Shown: one piece after another, positions 1 through 12,821 of the stretch
Layout: each line of letters opens with the position of its first letter
How positions within the stretch are numbered: position 1 is the first letter of the stretch
Source: Eledone cirrhosa
Taxonomy: Eukaryota
Direction: 5' to 3'
NCBI GenBank assembly: GCA_964016885.1
Contig: OZ024740.1
Span: 131,750,001-131,814,000, forward strand
Length of the DNA: 64,000 nucleotides
The notes under the pieces: model-generated
Told to the model about the DNA's origin: nothing
The model's database searches: none
What the model saw: the letters and a program-made list of their open reading frames with translations, nothing else
Translations under genes and position numbers: made by a program

Positions 1-135
1 CTGTTTGTACTCCTTTCCCTCTCTTTCACTTTCTCTCTCTTTTTGTTCTCTCCTTTTCTCTCTCCTTTTCCACCTGGCCCTTTGATTAATAAAAGGCCAA
101 TTGAATATTGTAATAAATCTTTGGTAAACCCATAC

Positions 136-199
<64 letters not shown>

Positions 200-304
200 T
201 ACTGTACGTCTGTATACATATGTGTATGTATGTATACATACTTACATTTAAGTATCAGCCGTACTAAGAGTGAGAAATGAAATTTCACTTTTTTCCATTT
301 ATAT

Positions 305-1130
305 GTATAGTGGTGGATCACTGGTTGGTAATATCCGTAGGGGTAGAAGTGGTTACACAACAGTTAGTTTAACATACCGAGAACAATTGTTTCGCCTTAG
401 CGGATCCTCAGCTCGTAATGGGCATGGTTATAGGAACAGATAGGACAACGATACGAACGCGCATGCACATGAACCCGGTTACCTAACACAGGCATTACTA
501 GAATTCGTGCAAGACATGTAACGGAGATAACTGCGAAAGTCCGAACATTTTTACTTGAAAATAAAATTAGAAGGAATCAGTCCGGAGCATTCTAGTTAAG
601 CAATAGGTGTTTGGCGACGTGTGGACAACGTGTGAAAAATTCATTTTTCGTGTTTAAGCAATAACTATTGCGTAATCTCTTTAGAATAGTTATTCGTTGG
701 TCAATACATAAGCCACAGGTCGGAATTCCCATTGCGTATGGCTGGACTTAGTGATGAATTTCCATCGGATGGAGTAGTCTATACTTGAGTCCTTGAGGGA
801 CCATACGTGGCTCGCGAGTTTCGTGGATGAACGTCTGTCCGGGTGCCTGAAGGTAGACTGGTGGTTCAGGAAACGTTCCTTAAATCGGCCCTCTGCCATG
901 CCCACATAGGATTTGACCTCCTGTGGTTCGGTTGGTCGGTTGGAAGTGACCAAGCTTCATACATTACAGCTGGTGTGTCGCATTGCTGTTGAAATAGGCA
1001 AGCTTCGGGCTAAATGGCAAGAGAACCCTGGCGGCGTGTTGCTCCTAGGGCTGGTGGTGTTGTGGGCCTTCATGTTCTTAGCGCAGGAGTATCCTGTAAT
1101 TTATGAAGCTGTGGTCACTTCCAGCCGCTT
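305..1130 (-). mobile_element. 3' fragment of a Penelope-like element (GIY-YIG endonuclease remnant plus pLTR)
   Basis: ORF 690-953 reads YVGMAEGRFKERFLNHQSTF...TKLASHVWSLKD...YSIRWK, a PLE GIY-YIG C-terminus. A frameshifted continuation gives CGLC and NEFFTRCPH. HHR downstream at 378-415. Confidence 0.85.
378..415 (-). ncRNA. minimal type I hammerhead ribozyme
   Basis: CGAG-CUGAGGA-UCCGCUAAGGC-GAAAC-AAUU-GUU/CUCG. Stem I CGAG/CUCG, palindromic stem III, weak stem II. Confidence 0.7.
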
Positions 1131-1473
1131 TTATGTATTTTTACATGCGTATATTTTATACCCATTTATACATACGGCTGTTTTTTTATATTTGTATGTG
1201 TGCGTATGCGTGCACATATGTGTATACGCATTTGTATATATATACGCACGCATTCGTATGCGTTCGTGTATGTGTAAATGTGTGTGTATGTGTGCGTTTA
1301 CGTATACGTGTTTTTTACATGTATATATATATGTATATATTTATATATATATTTAAATAAATTTAAGGTAAAAGACTAATTGTCAACAATATCGTCTACA
1401 TTTGCATGTATATTCTATATCCATACTTGCATTATTTTTTGCTTTTCAAATACAATCGTATATATATATATAT

Positions 1474-1563
<90 letters not shown>

Positions 1564-1639
1564 TTAGTTTCTGAATTGGCAACATGACCCTCCCAAAGTA
1601 TAACAATATATATATATATATATAACAATATATATATAT

Positions 1640-2163
1640 ATAATGTAGGGGGTGAGTTTTATTGTAGCACACTAAATCAATGCAAATATCGGATAAGTAG
1701 CACTCCACAGTTTATAGGACTGGAGTATAAGTAATATAAGATCAAAAGATGGTTAAAATAGTTACATGTATTTTATTATGCGCATTGCAAAAACGAATAT
1801 CATCATGCGATGATATTTGCGTTCCCATCAGATACAATAGGGAGAAATTATATGAAGCTTAAAAAACACTTGCGAGCAGTGAAGTGTTAAATCAACATAT
1901 GAAAAATAAAGTAAGATGGATATATGAGATTGGGAAAAAAGGAGGAGGGGGGGAGGAAAAGCTAAGGAAGAGTAAGAAAGAAAGTAAAGGATGACTTATA
2001 CTCCTCCCACGTCATCCTTTATTTTCTTTATACCTCTTCCTTAACCTTTGTCTCCCTATTTTATCTGATGCGAACACAAATATCATCACATGATGATATT
2101 TGTTTTCGCAATGCGCATAATAAAATACATGGAACTCTTTTAACCATCTTTGGATCTTATATT
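1640..2163. mobile_element. fold-back pLTR element (arms about 1733-1845 and 2051-2163)
   Basis: Imperfect inverted repeat of about 113 bp flanked by (TA)n. Both arms carry an HHR-like fold. Confidence 0.75.
2058..2126 (+). ncRNA. hammerhead-like motif with altered core (CUGAUGC...GCAA)
   Basis: Stem I AUUUUAU/AUAAAAU, about 17-bp stem II, stem III AU-GCGC-AUA. The mirror copy at 1770-1838 (-) also has GCAA. Confidence 0.5.
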
Positions 2164-2172
2164 ATATATATA

Positions 2173-2362
2173 AGGGCGGTGGATTGGCAGTATCGGTAGA
2201 GAGTCGGACACCATGCTTTGAAGCATAGAGTTACGTCCCTTTATGATCTGAGTTCAAATCCTGCCGAGGTTAACTTTGCCTTTCATCCTTACTGGGTCGA
2301 TAAAATAAAGTACCAGTAATGTACTGGTTAATTGCTGGCATTGTGCCTAAAATAGAAAAAAT
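2173..2362 (+). mobile_element. tRNA-derived SINE (Meta-domain-like core)
   Basis: A-box-like TGGCAGTATCGG, B-box GAGTTCAAATCC, core GCCTTTCATCCTT..GGGTCGATAAAATAAAGTACCAG. Five or more further copies in the window. Confidence 0.85.
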
Positions 2363-2924
2363 TATATATATATATATATATGGTCGCGGGCGTGCGTGTG
2401 ATTAGATGTGCATGTATGTGTATATATATATATGTGTATCGCTTGTATGTATGCGTGTTTATGTATGTATGTATGCGTGTATGTGTATGTATGCTTTTGT
2501 GCATGTGTTTTTTTGTCTGTACGTATATATATATTTATATATATGTATATGTGTGTATGAGCTTGTTCGCATATATGAATGTTTTCTACTTTTTATTTAT
2601 TTATTTTTTCTAGTGTTACTTTATATATTATAAACCCTCCCATTTACTTTCTCTTTGCCTTAACTTGTTATTCTTATGCACACCCCTTACTATATTTCTT
2701 TATTTTTATTTTTTATACATCTCTTGTATTATTACTTTTATTTATTTCTTTGCCCGTTAAACTTTTGGCTTTCTTGAGGAGATTTTTCAAATATGTCAAT
2801 ATGTTTTAAATTGCTTTGTTTGACGAGCGAATGCGGACGTTTCTTGTATTCGTCTTATTCGGGAAACCTTTGATAATGAGGGAATTATACTGTATTGTTT
2901 ATTATACATTAAATTAATTATATA

Positions 2925-3078
2925 TATGTTTTGATGTATAGAGTTACGGCCCTTGCCATTCTGAGTTAAAATCCCGCCAAGGTTAACTTTGCTTTTCATC
3001 CTTATGGGGTCGATAAAATAAAGTACCAGTAATGCATTGGGGATTTTGCTGGCTTTGTGCCTAACGTAGAAACAATTA
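2925..3078 (+). mobile_element. 5'-truncated copy of the same SINE
   Basis: Matches 2222-2362. Confidence 0.8.
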
Positions 3079-3287
3079 AATTTATTTTTTATATATATGT
3101 GTGCGTGTATGTGTATATATATCTACATATATATATATTGTTATACTTTGGGAGGGTCATGTTGCCATATAAGAAACACACGCATCATTGCTTCACTTCA
3201 ATTTATTATAATAAATTTATAAATTTAGGAATTTATAAATTTATGGTTGGTTGGTTGGTTCCACAACCAGATAGTTGTTTATATATT

Positions 3288-3330
3288 GTCAAAGTTCTTT
3301 CGTCACACATTATGTGACCTCTTCAGTGAT
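3288..3330 (-). ncRNA. minimal type I hammerhead ribozyme in the 3' pLTR
   Basis: UCA-CUGAAGA-G-GUCACA(UAAUG)UGUGAC-GAAAG-AA-CUU/UGA. A better-preserved copy is at 11054-11098. Confidence 0.65.
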
Positions 3331-3519
3331 TGGGATTATTTTCCTTGTTTTTGTGCCTCTCCTTTGTTCTGTCCTACGCCATTTTGTTTCTGTGTGCTCA
3401 GTCTGCGCATGCGCAACATCCGGGTGTATGTGTGTGTTTATCTTCGTTTATGTATTTGTTTATTTACATGTTACCAGTTGGTTGTTTGTTCTATGTGCGT
3501 GTGTGTTTTCATTTTGTCA

Positions 3520-6213
3520 TTAATTGTAAGTTGTGATGTTGCTGTAGCACTCATATTTTCTATTTAATTTTGGTTGTAATTCTTTTATGTTTATTGCCTC
3601 TGTTATTTGTCTAAACATTGCGTCTTTTCTGTGTGTAGATTCTATTTTTATTTCTATGTCCTCTAATGTAACCGTATGTTCTATTTTAGCAGTTTGGTAG
3701 AGTACAGATGATTCTTTACTATCTTGAAGGTCTCGCCAGTGTTCATTTATCCGTTCCCCTACACTACGAGCTGTCTCACCTATGTACACTATATTTTTGT
3801 CTGTACATTGTCCTTCAGTACATCTTATGCTATACACTACATTTCTAGTTTTACAGTTAATATGGGGGCTTATCTTACAGGTTATACATTTCTTATCTAT
3901 ACAGGGGGTCTTTGAAAAGGGTATGTCTTGCTAATAAGTGTTTTTAAAGAGGTACCTGGTCTTTCTACTATCTTAATATTGAGTTTATGTTCACCAGGGC
4001 CCTTCTAAATTTGTAAGGTAATTCACCTCTAGGGGTTGTATCGATGAACATTACACTCTGGTATTTATTGCTATCATACCATGAGTTTATTCTATTAGCC
4101 TTATTCCTAATTCTTTCTATACTATTCCAAAATTTGCTCCTACACAAGGGGCAGGTCCCATTTGTGTCATTATTTACCATTTTTTCCCATTTGGTTCTGG
4201 CTCCTCTATACACTCTGTTTTTTTCTCTCTGATTGTAACCAGAGAACTGCATACGGTGGATGAAGTGTTGTATGTGTCTCTCTAGATCTTCGGGGTTGCA
4301 CATGCGGGACACGTTTCTCATCACCCGTACCAAATCCGCAATCAGTATGTTGATTTTGGTATGGTCCGAAACAGCTGAGTTTCGGTGGATCAGATGTTTG
4401 GAAGTCATGGGTTTGGCATAATGGGAATGGAGGATTTGTTTTTTGTTATTAATGGTATCTAACCAGAGCTCTGTGTCTAGTACAGGTAATCGATGGTTGG
4501 GGTGTTTACTTGGGTAGTCTATAGTATCTCTAATACTCTGGTGGATGGAGTTAGCTATTTTCTGGATGCTTTCCATTGTGTTTTTCTCTAGTTCCTGACT
4601 GTTCTCTAGTGGGAGTGTCTTAACTACGATGTTTATATCGTCAACGTAGCGGGAGTATATTATCAGGGTTAAGGGGTCTTCTAATTGTTCTTTAAGTTTA
4701 AGTTTAAGTCTACTGTCCCACCATACCATGATTAAGTTAGCTATGTCGCCTGCAATGCTAACACCAATGGCTGCTCCTTCCTCCTGGGCATATGTTTTTC
4801 CATTAAATTTGAACATATGTTCCTTAAGGGTTAATTTTATGCTGACCCCTACAGCATGTGCAATCATTTTCTTCAGTTCATCGTGGTTTTCGGGTGTCCG
4901 TATGGCTCTGGTCCACCCGTTCCATCTATCTGTGTGGGTTTTCTTGGCCATTGAGTTAATGGTAGGTGATCTGCCTCTTGCTGGTCTTGTAGGTAATAGG
5001 TTGCTAAGGTCATATGTGTCTAGGTAATTATTACTATAGTTAAGTTTAAGTAGGAGTCCCAGCTCACTGGTATCAATCCCACGGAACTCAACATTGCTCT
5101 CACTGATTATTTCTACGCATTTCTCCACAGCAAAATCCACGTCGATAGATGGATACAGGGGCACAACATCCATACTACCTATTATGCAGTTTGTTAGGTC
5201 CCTAGATCGGTTACCCTCGCCGATTCTGCTGAGGAGGTCCTCCGTGCTGTCACATACATATGGGGACATTTCAATGATGGGGCGTATGATCAGGGAGAGG
5301 AAGTAGGACAGTCTGTAGTTACTAGCAATGTTAGATCCACAGACTGGCCGTGTTGGTGGTCCCGTGACAGGGTCACTGCCGGTTTTATGGTCTTTTCGAA
5401 GCCCATACAACGCCGGCACGTCATTGTTCCAGGCCTGGAAGTTGTTGGCAGTCCTTTTGTTGGGTTGCATTATATTCGTCCACATCACCATATGGGCATT
5501 GATGGCTTTTTCTCTATCCTCATGCTCCTGTGGTGTTACCTCTCTTGTGTTAGTGATGTGGGTTGCATTGCCTGGATGTAGTTTGGCAGGCTGTCAACCG
5601 ACATTCTGCCAGACTTGTCTGTTGGAAAGCATGCTATCTCTTCATTACGCGGGTACTGCATGAGCTTACGCAAGCCATTTGCAGATTTTTCTCCCAGTCG
5701 CTGGGCCTCCATTCTATTATGCTTCTTGCCATACCGTTCTATAATATTTCTAAGTTCGGATCTTGCTATACTAAATTGTGCTTCTGTTTGTTCATCGACC
5801 TGCGACGGCAATTGCGTGCGTTTGTTAAATGGTAAAGTCGTGGCGTGGACTCGTCGCAGGTCGAGCGACTTATCAGAGGGATTATAAAAAGTAGAGTTCC
5901 AGACTGCTACTTTATGTGTACTAGTGCTATTGTTATTGTTAGTTGTGTTGTTTCTATTTCTATTTCCACCAAGAGCCTTATGGTTGTTTCTATGTCTCTC
6001 ATTATTACTCCTGTCTCTTTCCACTGGCTCATTATTATTATCTACTCTATTTTGTGTGTCTGTGTGTTCGTCTTGGTTATTTTCTTTGTCCATAGTGTCC
6101 CTTCTCCTTTTAATCCTATTACTTTCCCTTATTTCTGTGATTTCTGTGCTACTGTCATTACTTGTTTTCTGTGTCTGTGTGTTTGTTAAGATTGTGGTGG
6201 TATTGAGAGTCAT
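3520..6213 (-). pseudogene. PLE polyprotein (RT plus GIY-YIG endonuclease), broken by frameshifts
   Basis: ORFs 5536-6213 (PTDKSGR), 3968-5491 (LYGLRKDHK, RPV, SMDVVPLYPSID, QEEGAAIG, RYVDD, LPVLDT) and 3520-3837 (YSIRC..C..YIGETARSVGERINEH). Cys-rich linker CIDKKCITC...CKTRNVVY between RT and endonuclease. Confidence 0.92.
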
Positions 6214-6450
6214 TGAATGTGTGTGTGTTGTTGTTGTTGATGTGTGCTGTTGTTGTTGTTGATGTGTGCTGTTGTTGATGTTCCTAAATTTATAAATTTA
6301 TTATAATAAATTGAAGTGGATGCAACTGGTGCGTGTGTTTCTTATTGGCAACATGACCCTCCCAAAGTATAACAATATCGGTTTCAACACACGTTTTCAG
6401 ATATGTAGGTTATAGAGCTTATGTATGTAATAAACGACATAAGATGATTA

Positions 6451-6510
6451 TTTCATTTACCAGTCGTTTCTTGAAAGCAAATACATCTGCTTTCAGTCAT
6501 CAGAATGAAA
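6451..6510 (-). ncRNA. type I hammerhead ribozyme (pLTR of a second family, about 6400-6620)
   Basis: UUUCAUU-CUGAUGA-C-UGAAAGCAGA(UGUA)UUUGCUUUCA-A-GAAAC-GACUG-GUA/AAUGAAA. Perfect 7-bp stem I, 10-bp stem II. Confidence 0.85.
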
Positions 6511-6619
6511 ACAATCCTGGTGTTTTTATTGAATGCGGATCTGAAAAACAAAAATATTAGAAATGTGACAGTGAGGCTGAAGGAAGAAGACAAAAAGATA
6601 ATAAATATAAAAGTATATA

Positions 6620-7012
<393 letters not shown>

Positions 7013-7208
7013 GAAAACATGGAGAAAGAGACGATTATGAGGAAGAAAATTATATTTTTTTCTTTTTTTGTCTCTCTCTCTCTATTTTCTGTGTTAGAAA
7101 ATGATTAAAACGAAATGTATTACTTTGTGTGAAGTGTTAAGTTATTAGTTGATTTATTTATTATTTAACAATGGCATTTAATTATCTATTTATATATTTA
7201 ATTATTGT

Positions 7209-7250
7209 CTATTACCGGTTTCAGCATTTATATGCTTTATCAAATGAGAG
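7209..7250 (-). ncRNA. hammerhead-like motif, U3-A8 core, weak stem I
   Basis: UUGAUAA-AGCAU(AUAA)AUGCU-GAAAC-CG-GUA. The mirror copy near 9292-9335 (+) is more decayed. Confidence 0.45.
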
Positions 7251-7439
7251 TGAAATGTATTAGTGTGGTGTCGCACATGTTAAACAGAAGGTGCAGAAAG
7301 AATAATGTTATATACAAACAAGGTTTAAGAAGTGAAAAGAAAAAAAAGAAAAATGGAAAAAAAACGTGCATAATGTGGTACGTAAAAAGTCAATGTGGAA
7401 GAAAACATAATGTCATAACATGCTCAACCACCTTGCAAC

Positions 7440-8878
7440 AACATTCAATAACGAACATACCCTACTTTTTAACCTTTGATATCATCAATTTATATTCCAA
7501 TATCCCACACAACCTAGGTATAGATGCAATACAATTTTGTATGGAAAATTTCCCTAGTGAACTTCCACAGCGCATCCCAAAAGAATTTGTGTTGGAAGGA
7601 CTCAAATTCGTCTTGTAAAACAATTTCTTCGAATTTAATGCCAAATACTACTGACAGAAATCTGGGACTGTCATGGCCACGAAAGTGGCCCCTTCATACG
7701 CCAACCTTGTCATGGGATATTTGGAAACCAGTCTCTACCGCAAACTTCTAGACAGATACGGCAACCACTTCCACCAACACATAGAAAAGAACTGGAAGAG
7801 ATATCTGGCCGACTGCTTCATCCTCTGGCATGAAAGTATAGATAGAATGTTTGAGTTCAAAACCCTTCTGAATAGACTCAACACTAACTTACACTTGACA
7901 ATGGATTACCGCCATGAACAACTCCCTTTCCTCGACATCCTCATCAAGAAAACAAACAACAAAATAGACACAGACATATACTAAAAACCCACAGACTCCA
8001 AACAATACCTTCCATTTAACTCGGGCCACCCTATACACACCAGAATGGCAATTCCTTATAAGCTAGCCAGAAGGATCTGCACAATAGATTCAGATAAATA
8101 CACATGCTACACACGACTAGAAGAATTTAAAAAACACACTTATTAGCCGAAAATACCCACCATCCCTAATCACCAAAGGATTTCAACGTGCCCTAAAACT
8201 AGACATCCAGGAACTCAGACACCCCAAACCCAGGAATGACCCGCAACAAAAACTCTACCATACATCTCCACACACAACCCCATCAGCTATGAGGCATTCG
8301 ACACCATCCCCCAGAACATTCCTTTACTAAAAAGAGACCCAAGAATGAACAATATCCTCCAAACACACAACATCATAAAGAGCAAAAGACAACCCAAATC
8401 CATAAAAAACATCCTCACACAAGCCAAAATCAAACAAACCCTCACAATGAACCATACAGTAACAAAATGCGGAAGGCCCAACTGGGGCATATGCATACAT
8501 TTAATAGAAGGTTCAACATTCCATTTTAAACAAGGACAACGTTTCACAGTTAAACACAACTTTACATGTACATCTGAAAACGTTATCTATGTTTTGACAA
8601 GCTCAGGGTGTCAAGAGCACTACATAGGAGAGATAAAAAACAGCCTCCGTCAACGTATGACCGTCCATAAATCACAAATTAAAATAGAGGAATGCAGAAA
8701 GATTGCATTTAGTGAACATATCGCCAATTGTGCTCTCAACGAACATCCAAACTTTCAAATGTTCCCCATTTACAAATTCATAAACAACGCTACTTTCATT
8801 CAACGTACCAATAAGGAAACACATTTCATTAATACATTTCAACCACTACTGAATGCTCTAAAAATCGGACCAATCTAA
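7440..8878 (+). pseudogene. PLE RT plus GIY-YIG endonuclease, with stops and frameshifts
   Basis: LTFDIINLYSNIPH; QKSGTVMATKVAPSYANL; WKRYLADCFI (decayed YxDD); LPFLDILI; CTSENVIYVLTSSGCQEHYIGE. Confidence 0.9.
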
Positions 8879-9525
8879 AACTGCACCAACCATCAAACAT
8901 TTACAAGAGTTATCTCCCTCACACCCTACCTAATCCTTTTTCTTAAATAAATAAAATATCACCCAGCAAGAATGGCTTCCCCCTCCATATTAACTCTCTA
9001 AAAAGGGAAATCATATCAAACCACAGCCCACCATTTGCCTCCTTCACGGAACCATGGTTAAACTAATCACTCTTGCGATATTAACACATTTTGAACTGCT
9101 TAACTTCAATGATTGTGCTTGTAAATAACATTATTGTTTCTTCCACATTGACTTTTACGTTCCACATTATGCACGTTTTTATTTTTTTTCATTTTTATTT
9201 TTTATTTTCACTTCTTAAACCTTGTTTGTATATAACATTATTCTTTCTGCACCTTCTGTTTAACATGTGCGACACCACACTAATACATTTCACTATCATT
9301 TGATTATGCATATAAATGCTGAAACCGGTAATAGACAATAATTAAATATATAAATAGATAATTAAATGCCATTGTTAAATAATAAATAAATGAACTAATA
9401 CCTTAACACTTCACGCAAAGTAATACATTTCGTTTTAATCACTTTCTAACCCAGAAAAAAGAGGGAGAGAGACAAAAAGGAAAAAAATATATTTTTCTTC
9501 CTCATAATCGTCTCTTCCTCCCTGT

Positions 9526-9589
<64 letters not shown>

Positions 9590-9633
9590 TAACTCGTATG
9601 CTTCCTCTCCACATTTTATTATTATTATTATAT

Positions 9634-9669
<36 letters not shown>

Positions 9670-9676
<7 letters not shown>

Positions 9677-9950
9677 TAAAAGTAAATAAATAAAGATAAA
9701 TAAACGAATATAAGTCATATACTAAAGTAAGCAGACACATCACCATACACAGACAAAGTACATACATAGGAAATCAAATTATAAATAAAAAAAGTAAAAT
9801 GTAAAGTCAAATATAAAAATTAAAAAATAATACAAAATAAAGAAAATATAAAAAATTACCAAGTTGACAGCGATACGAAAGAGGAAAAAAACACAAATAA
9901 AAATAAATAAACAAACACACGTGGTAAGCGAATGCATAAAAAAAAATATA
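9670..9950. repeat. dispersed A-rich repeat of about 300 bp (copies at 10497-10810 and 14152-14462)
   Basis: Shared blocks TACTAAAGTAA..CACATCACC..ACACAGACAAA and TACCAAGTTGACAGCGATA...CACGTGGTAAGCGAATGCAT. Confidence 0.85.
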
Positions 9951-10810
9951 TATATATAACTGCTGATTCTTGTAAATAGACATTCGCCTCATTCTGACGT
10001 CTCTATGCCTGTTCTACATGTTTGTTTATTTTCTTAATTCCACACGAGGTGAACTAGCCTGCTTTTAAATTCCCTTTCTGACATATTTTAGCAGTGGCTT
10101 TTCGTTATCGTTGAGGAGTTCTACTGATGAACGATGCCAACCGTGACCAGCCCCACTAAAAAAGTTTCGTGAAATAGTATTTTTAAGACTATATAGAGCA
10201 TTTGTAGGATACGTATTTAACGTTAATTTTATTCTGAGTTAAGACTCTATTGGTTTTTTCCCTGGATTTCACAAAATCTGCGGATAAAATTTCTGTCTGG
10301 ACTTTTATTGAATTGAGATTGAATTATTTTCCCATATCTAACGTTAAATATTTTCCATCTTCACGTTATAGTCATTTATATATTATGAAATACTGTTGGC
10401 TTCTTGCTCACATTAATTTCACTGGGTGATTGCTGGCCTCGTGCCTAAAGTAGAAACAATTAATTTCTCTATTTTCATTTATATATATATATATACATAA
10501 TTATAAAAATAAATAAAGATAAATAAACGAATATATATCGTATACTAAAGTAATCAGTCACATCACCTTACACAGACAAAATACGTTTACCATCAAATAA
10601 TAAATCAATAAAAGTAAAATATAAAGTCAAATATAAAAATGAAAAAAATAATAAAAAATAAATAAAAAAAATAAATAAAAAATACCAAGTTGACAGCGAT
10701 AGGAAAGGGGAAAAATAAATAAACAAACACGTGGTAAGCGAATGCATAAAAAAATAAATATACATATATATATATATAATTATATTATCGGAGGTAGCTA
10801 ATAGCGATAC

Positions 10811-10898
<88 letters not shown>

Positions 10899-10900
<2 letters not shown>

Positions 10901-11543
10901 TGTTATAGTTTGGGAGGGTCATGTTGCCAATAAGAAACACACGCACCAGTTGCTTTCACTTCAATTTATTATATATTTATAAATTTATAAATTTACAAAC
11001 TTATAAATTTCTGGTTGGTTGTTGGTTCCACAACCAGATAGTTGTTTATATATAGTCATAGTCCTTTCGTCACACACTCTGTGACCTCTTCAGTGACTGG
11101 GGATTCCTTACTTTGTTTCTGTGCCTTTCCTTTCTTCTATCCTACGCCATTTTGTTTCTGTGTGTGTGTGTTGTGTGCTCAGTTTGCGCATGCGCCACAT
11201 CCGGGTGTCGGTGTGTGTTTGTGTTCATTTATCTATTTGTTTATTTATTTATTTATTTATTGTTGGTGGTTGTTTGTTCTATGTGTGTGTGTGTTTTCAT
11301 TTTGTCCTGTGTGTGTTTTCATTTTCTCCTTAATTGTAAGTTGTGATGTTGCTGTTCCACTCATATTTTCTATTTAATTTTGTAAATTTGTAAATTTATA
11401 AATTCATAAATATATAATAAATTGAAGTGAAAGCAACTGGTGCGTGTGATTCTTATTGGCAACATGACCCTCCCTATGCATAACAATATCGGTTTCAACA
11501 CACGATTTCAGATAAAGAATCTTGCTAAATAAATTCAGAAACG

Positions 11544-11545
<2 letters not shown>
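10899..11545. mobile_element. non-autonomous fold-back derivative of the 3137-6403 PLE
   Basis: 10899-11380 matches 3137-3570. The inverted arm 11385-11545 carries the extra tail. Flanked by (TA)n. Confidence 0.9.
11054..11098 (-). ncRNA. minimal type I hammerhead ribozyme
   Basis: AGUCA-CUGAAGA-G-GUCACA(GAGUG)UGUGAC-GAAAG-GA-CUA/UGACU. Confidence 0.75.
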
Positions 11546-11599
<54 letters not shown>

Positions 11600-11601
<2 letters not shown>

Positions 11602-12540
11602 GTGTACATTCTTATATTTAAGTAACAGCCGTACAAAGAGTGGGAAATGAAACTTCGTTTCATTTTTTCCGTTTATCGTTTTCGGTGCACCCGGCCGATT
11701 AACCCACTCGATATGCAAATTGGGCTACTCAGCCGTTAATATGCATAAGGAAAGTATATACTTTCAGACGTTCAACAATCTGGCAGGAAGGTATACGTTG
11801 CTGACGATAGCTAATAAGCTTGAAACTAGAACAGCGTTCCTTTGTCAGTGTTGAACAAACGAGCAACGACTGTTGCTAGACACAGCGGCTTAATACGGGA
11901 TGTTTATTTACAAACACACCGAGGATTATAATGGATGTTCGGTGAATCCATCCGTGCATATATATATGTGTGCATGTATGTATATATATATACATACTAC
12001 TGTACGTCTGTATCCATATATGTATGTATGTGTACATACATATATTTAAGTAACAGCCGTACTAATCGTGGGAAATGAAATTTCGTTTCATTTTTTCAGT
12101 TTATCGTTTTCGGTTCACCCGGCCGATTAAACCACTCGATGTGCAAATTGGGCTACTCAGCCGTTAATATGCATAAGGAAAGTATATACTTTCAGACGTT
12201 TAACAATCTGGAAGGAAGGTATACGTTGCTGACGATAGCTAATAAGCTTGAAACTAGTACATCATTCCTTTGTCAGTGTTGAACAAACGAGCAACGATGG
12301 TTGCTAGATACTACGGCTTAATATGGGATGTTTGTTTACAAACACACCGAGCATTATAATGGATGTTCGGTGAATCCATGCGTGCATATATATATATGTG
12401 TGCATGTATGTATATATATATATATATACATACTACTCTACGTCTGTATACATATATGTATGTACGTTTACATACTTATATTTAAGTAACAGCCGTACTA
12501 AGCATGGGAAATGAAATTTCGTTTCATTGTTTCCGTTTAT
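11600..12540 (+). repeat. tandem repeat of about 428 bp (about 2.2 units), one HHR per unit
   Basis: Units begin near 11677 and 12103. HHRs at 11795-11837 and 12223-12265. Other copies at 14998-15510 and 27175-27540, partial at about 130-300. Confidence 0.88.
12223..12265 (+). ncRNA. minimal type I hammerhead (family also at 11795, 15192, 27231)
   Basis: Family consensus ACGUUG-CUGACGA-U-AGC(UAAUAA)GCU-U-GAAAC-UA-GUA/CAGCGU. Each copy has one or more defects (GAA triplet at 11795 and 15192; stem I mismatches here). Confidence 0.7.
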
Positions 12541-12554
12541 ATGTATATATATAT

Positions 12555-12759
12555 CCTAGGAAATGTGGTAAGGAACCAGGTGGACCATAACGCACCAAAG
12601 TACTCAATACTTAGGGTAGTAGAGTGGGTAATAGGAACGAGTAGGACCCCGACGGCTGAGCTCAAGCCGTATCGACGGTAATTCTTGACTAAAATCCTTT
12701 TTAGTCCAGAATTAGCCGTCGAAACGGCTTGAGCTCAGCCGCCGGCGTCCTACTCGTTC
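12555..12759. mobile_element. mini fold-back of about 200 bp (copies at 15522-15728, 28437-28635, 57867-58060)
   Basis: About 65-bp inverted arms GAACGAGTAGGACCCCGACGGCTGAGCTCAAGCCGT... plus a one-sided tail of about 75 bp. Flanked by TA. Confidence 0.85.

Positions 12760-12820
<61 letters not shown>

Positions 12821-12821
<1 letters not shown>

Larger units (their letters stand above)
3137..6403 (-). mobile_element. near full-length Penelope-like element with inverted terminal pLTR (possibly Naiad-type)
   Basis: RT and endonuclease on the minus strand. Terminal inverted repeat 3137-3232 vs 6283-6377. HHR at 3288-3330. Confidence 0.9.
7014..9529 (+). mobile_element. 5'-truncated Penelope-like element with about 400-bp inverted terminal repeats
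   Basis: Arms 7014-7412 and 9128-9529, both ending in (TA)n. Internal RT and endonuclease remnants. Confidence 0.92.

Noticed and set aside
2173-2290. tRNA gene
   Set aside because: A and B boxes belong to a SINE head with an expanded spacer. No cloverleaf.
4044-6262. Plus-strand ORFs overlapping the PLE
   Set aside because: Antisense shadows of the RT ORF with no recognisable motifs.
10118-10185. CTGATGA...GAAA hammerhead candidate
   Set aside because: No stem I pairing. It lies in what looks like a decayed minus-strand endonuclease remnant.
10899-11545. Inverted-repeat elements as DNA-transposon MITEs
   Set aside because: Arms are asymmetric, vary in length, derive from PLE 3' ends and contain HHRs. 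No transposase was seen.
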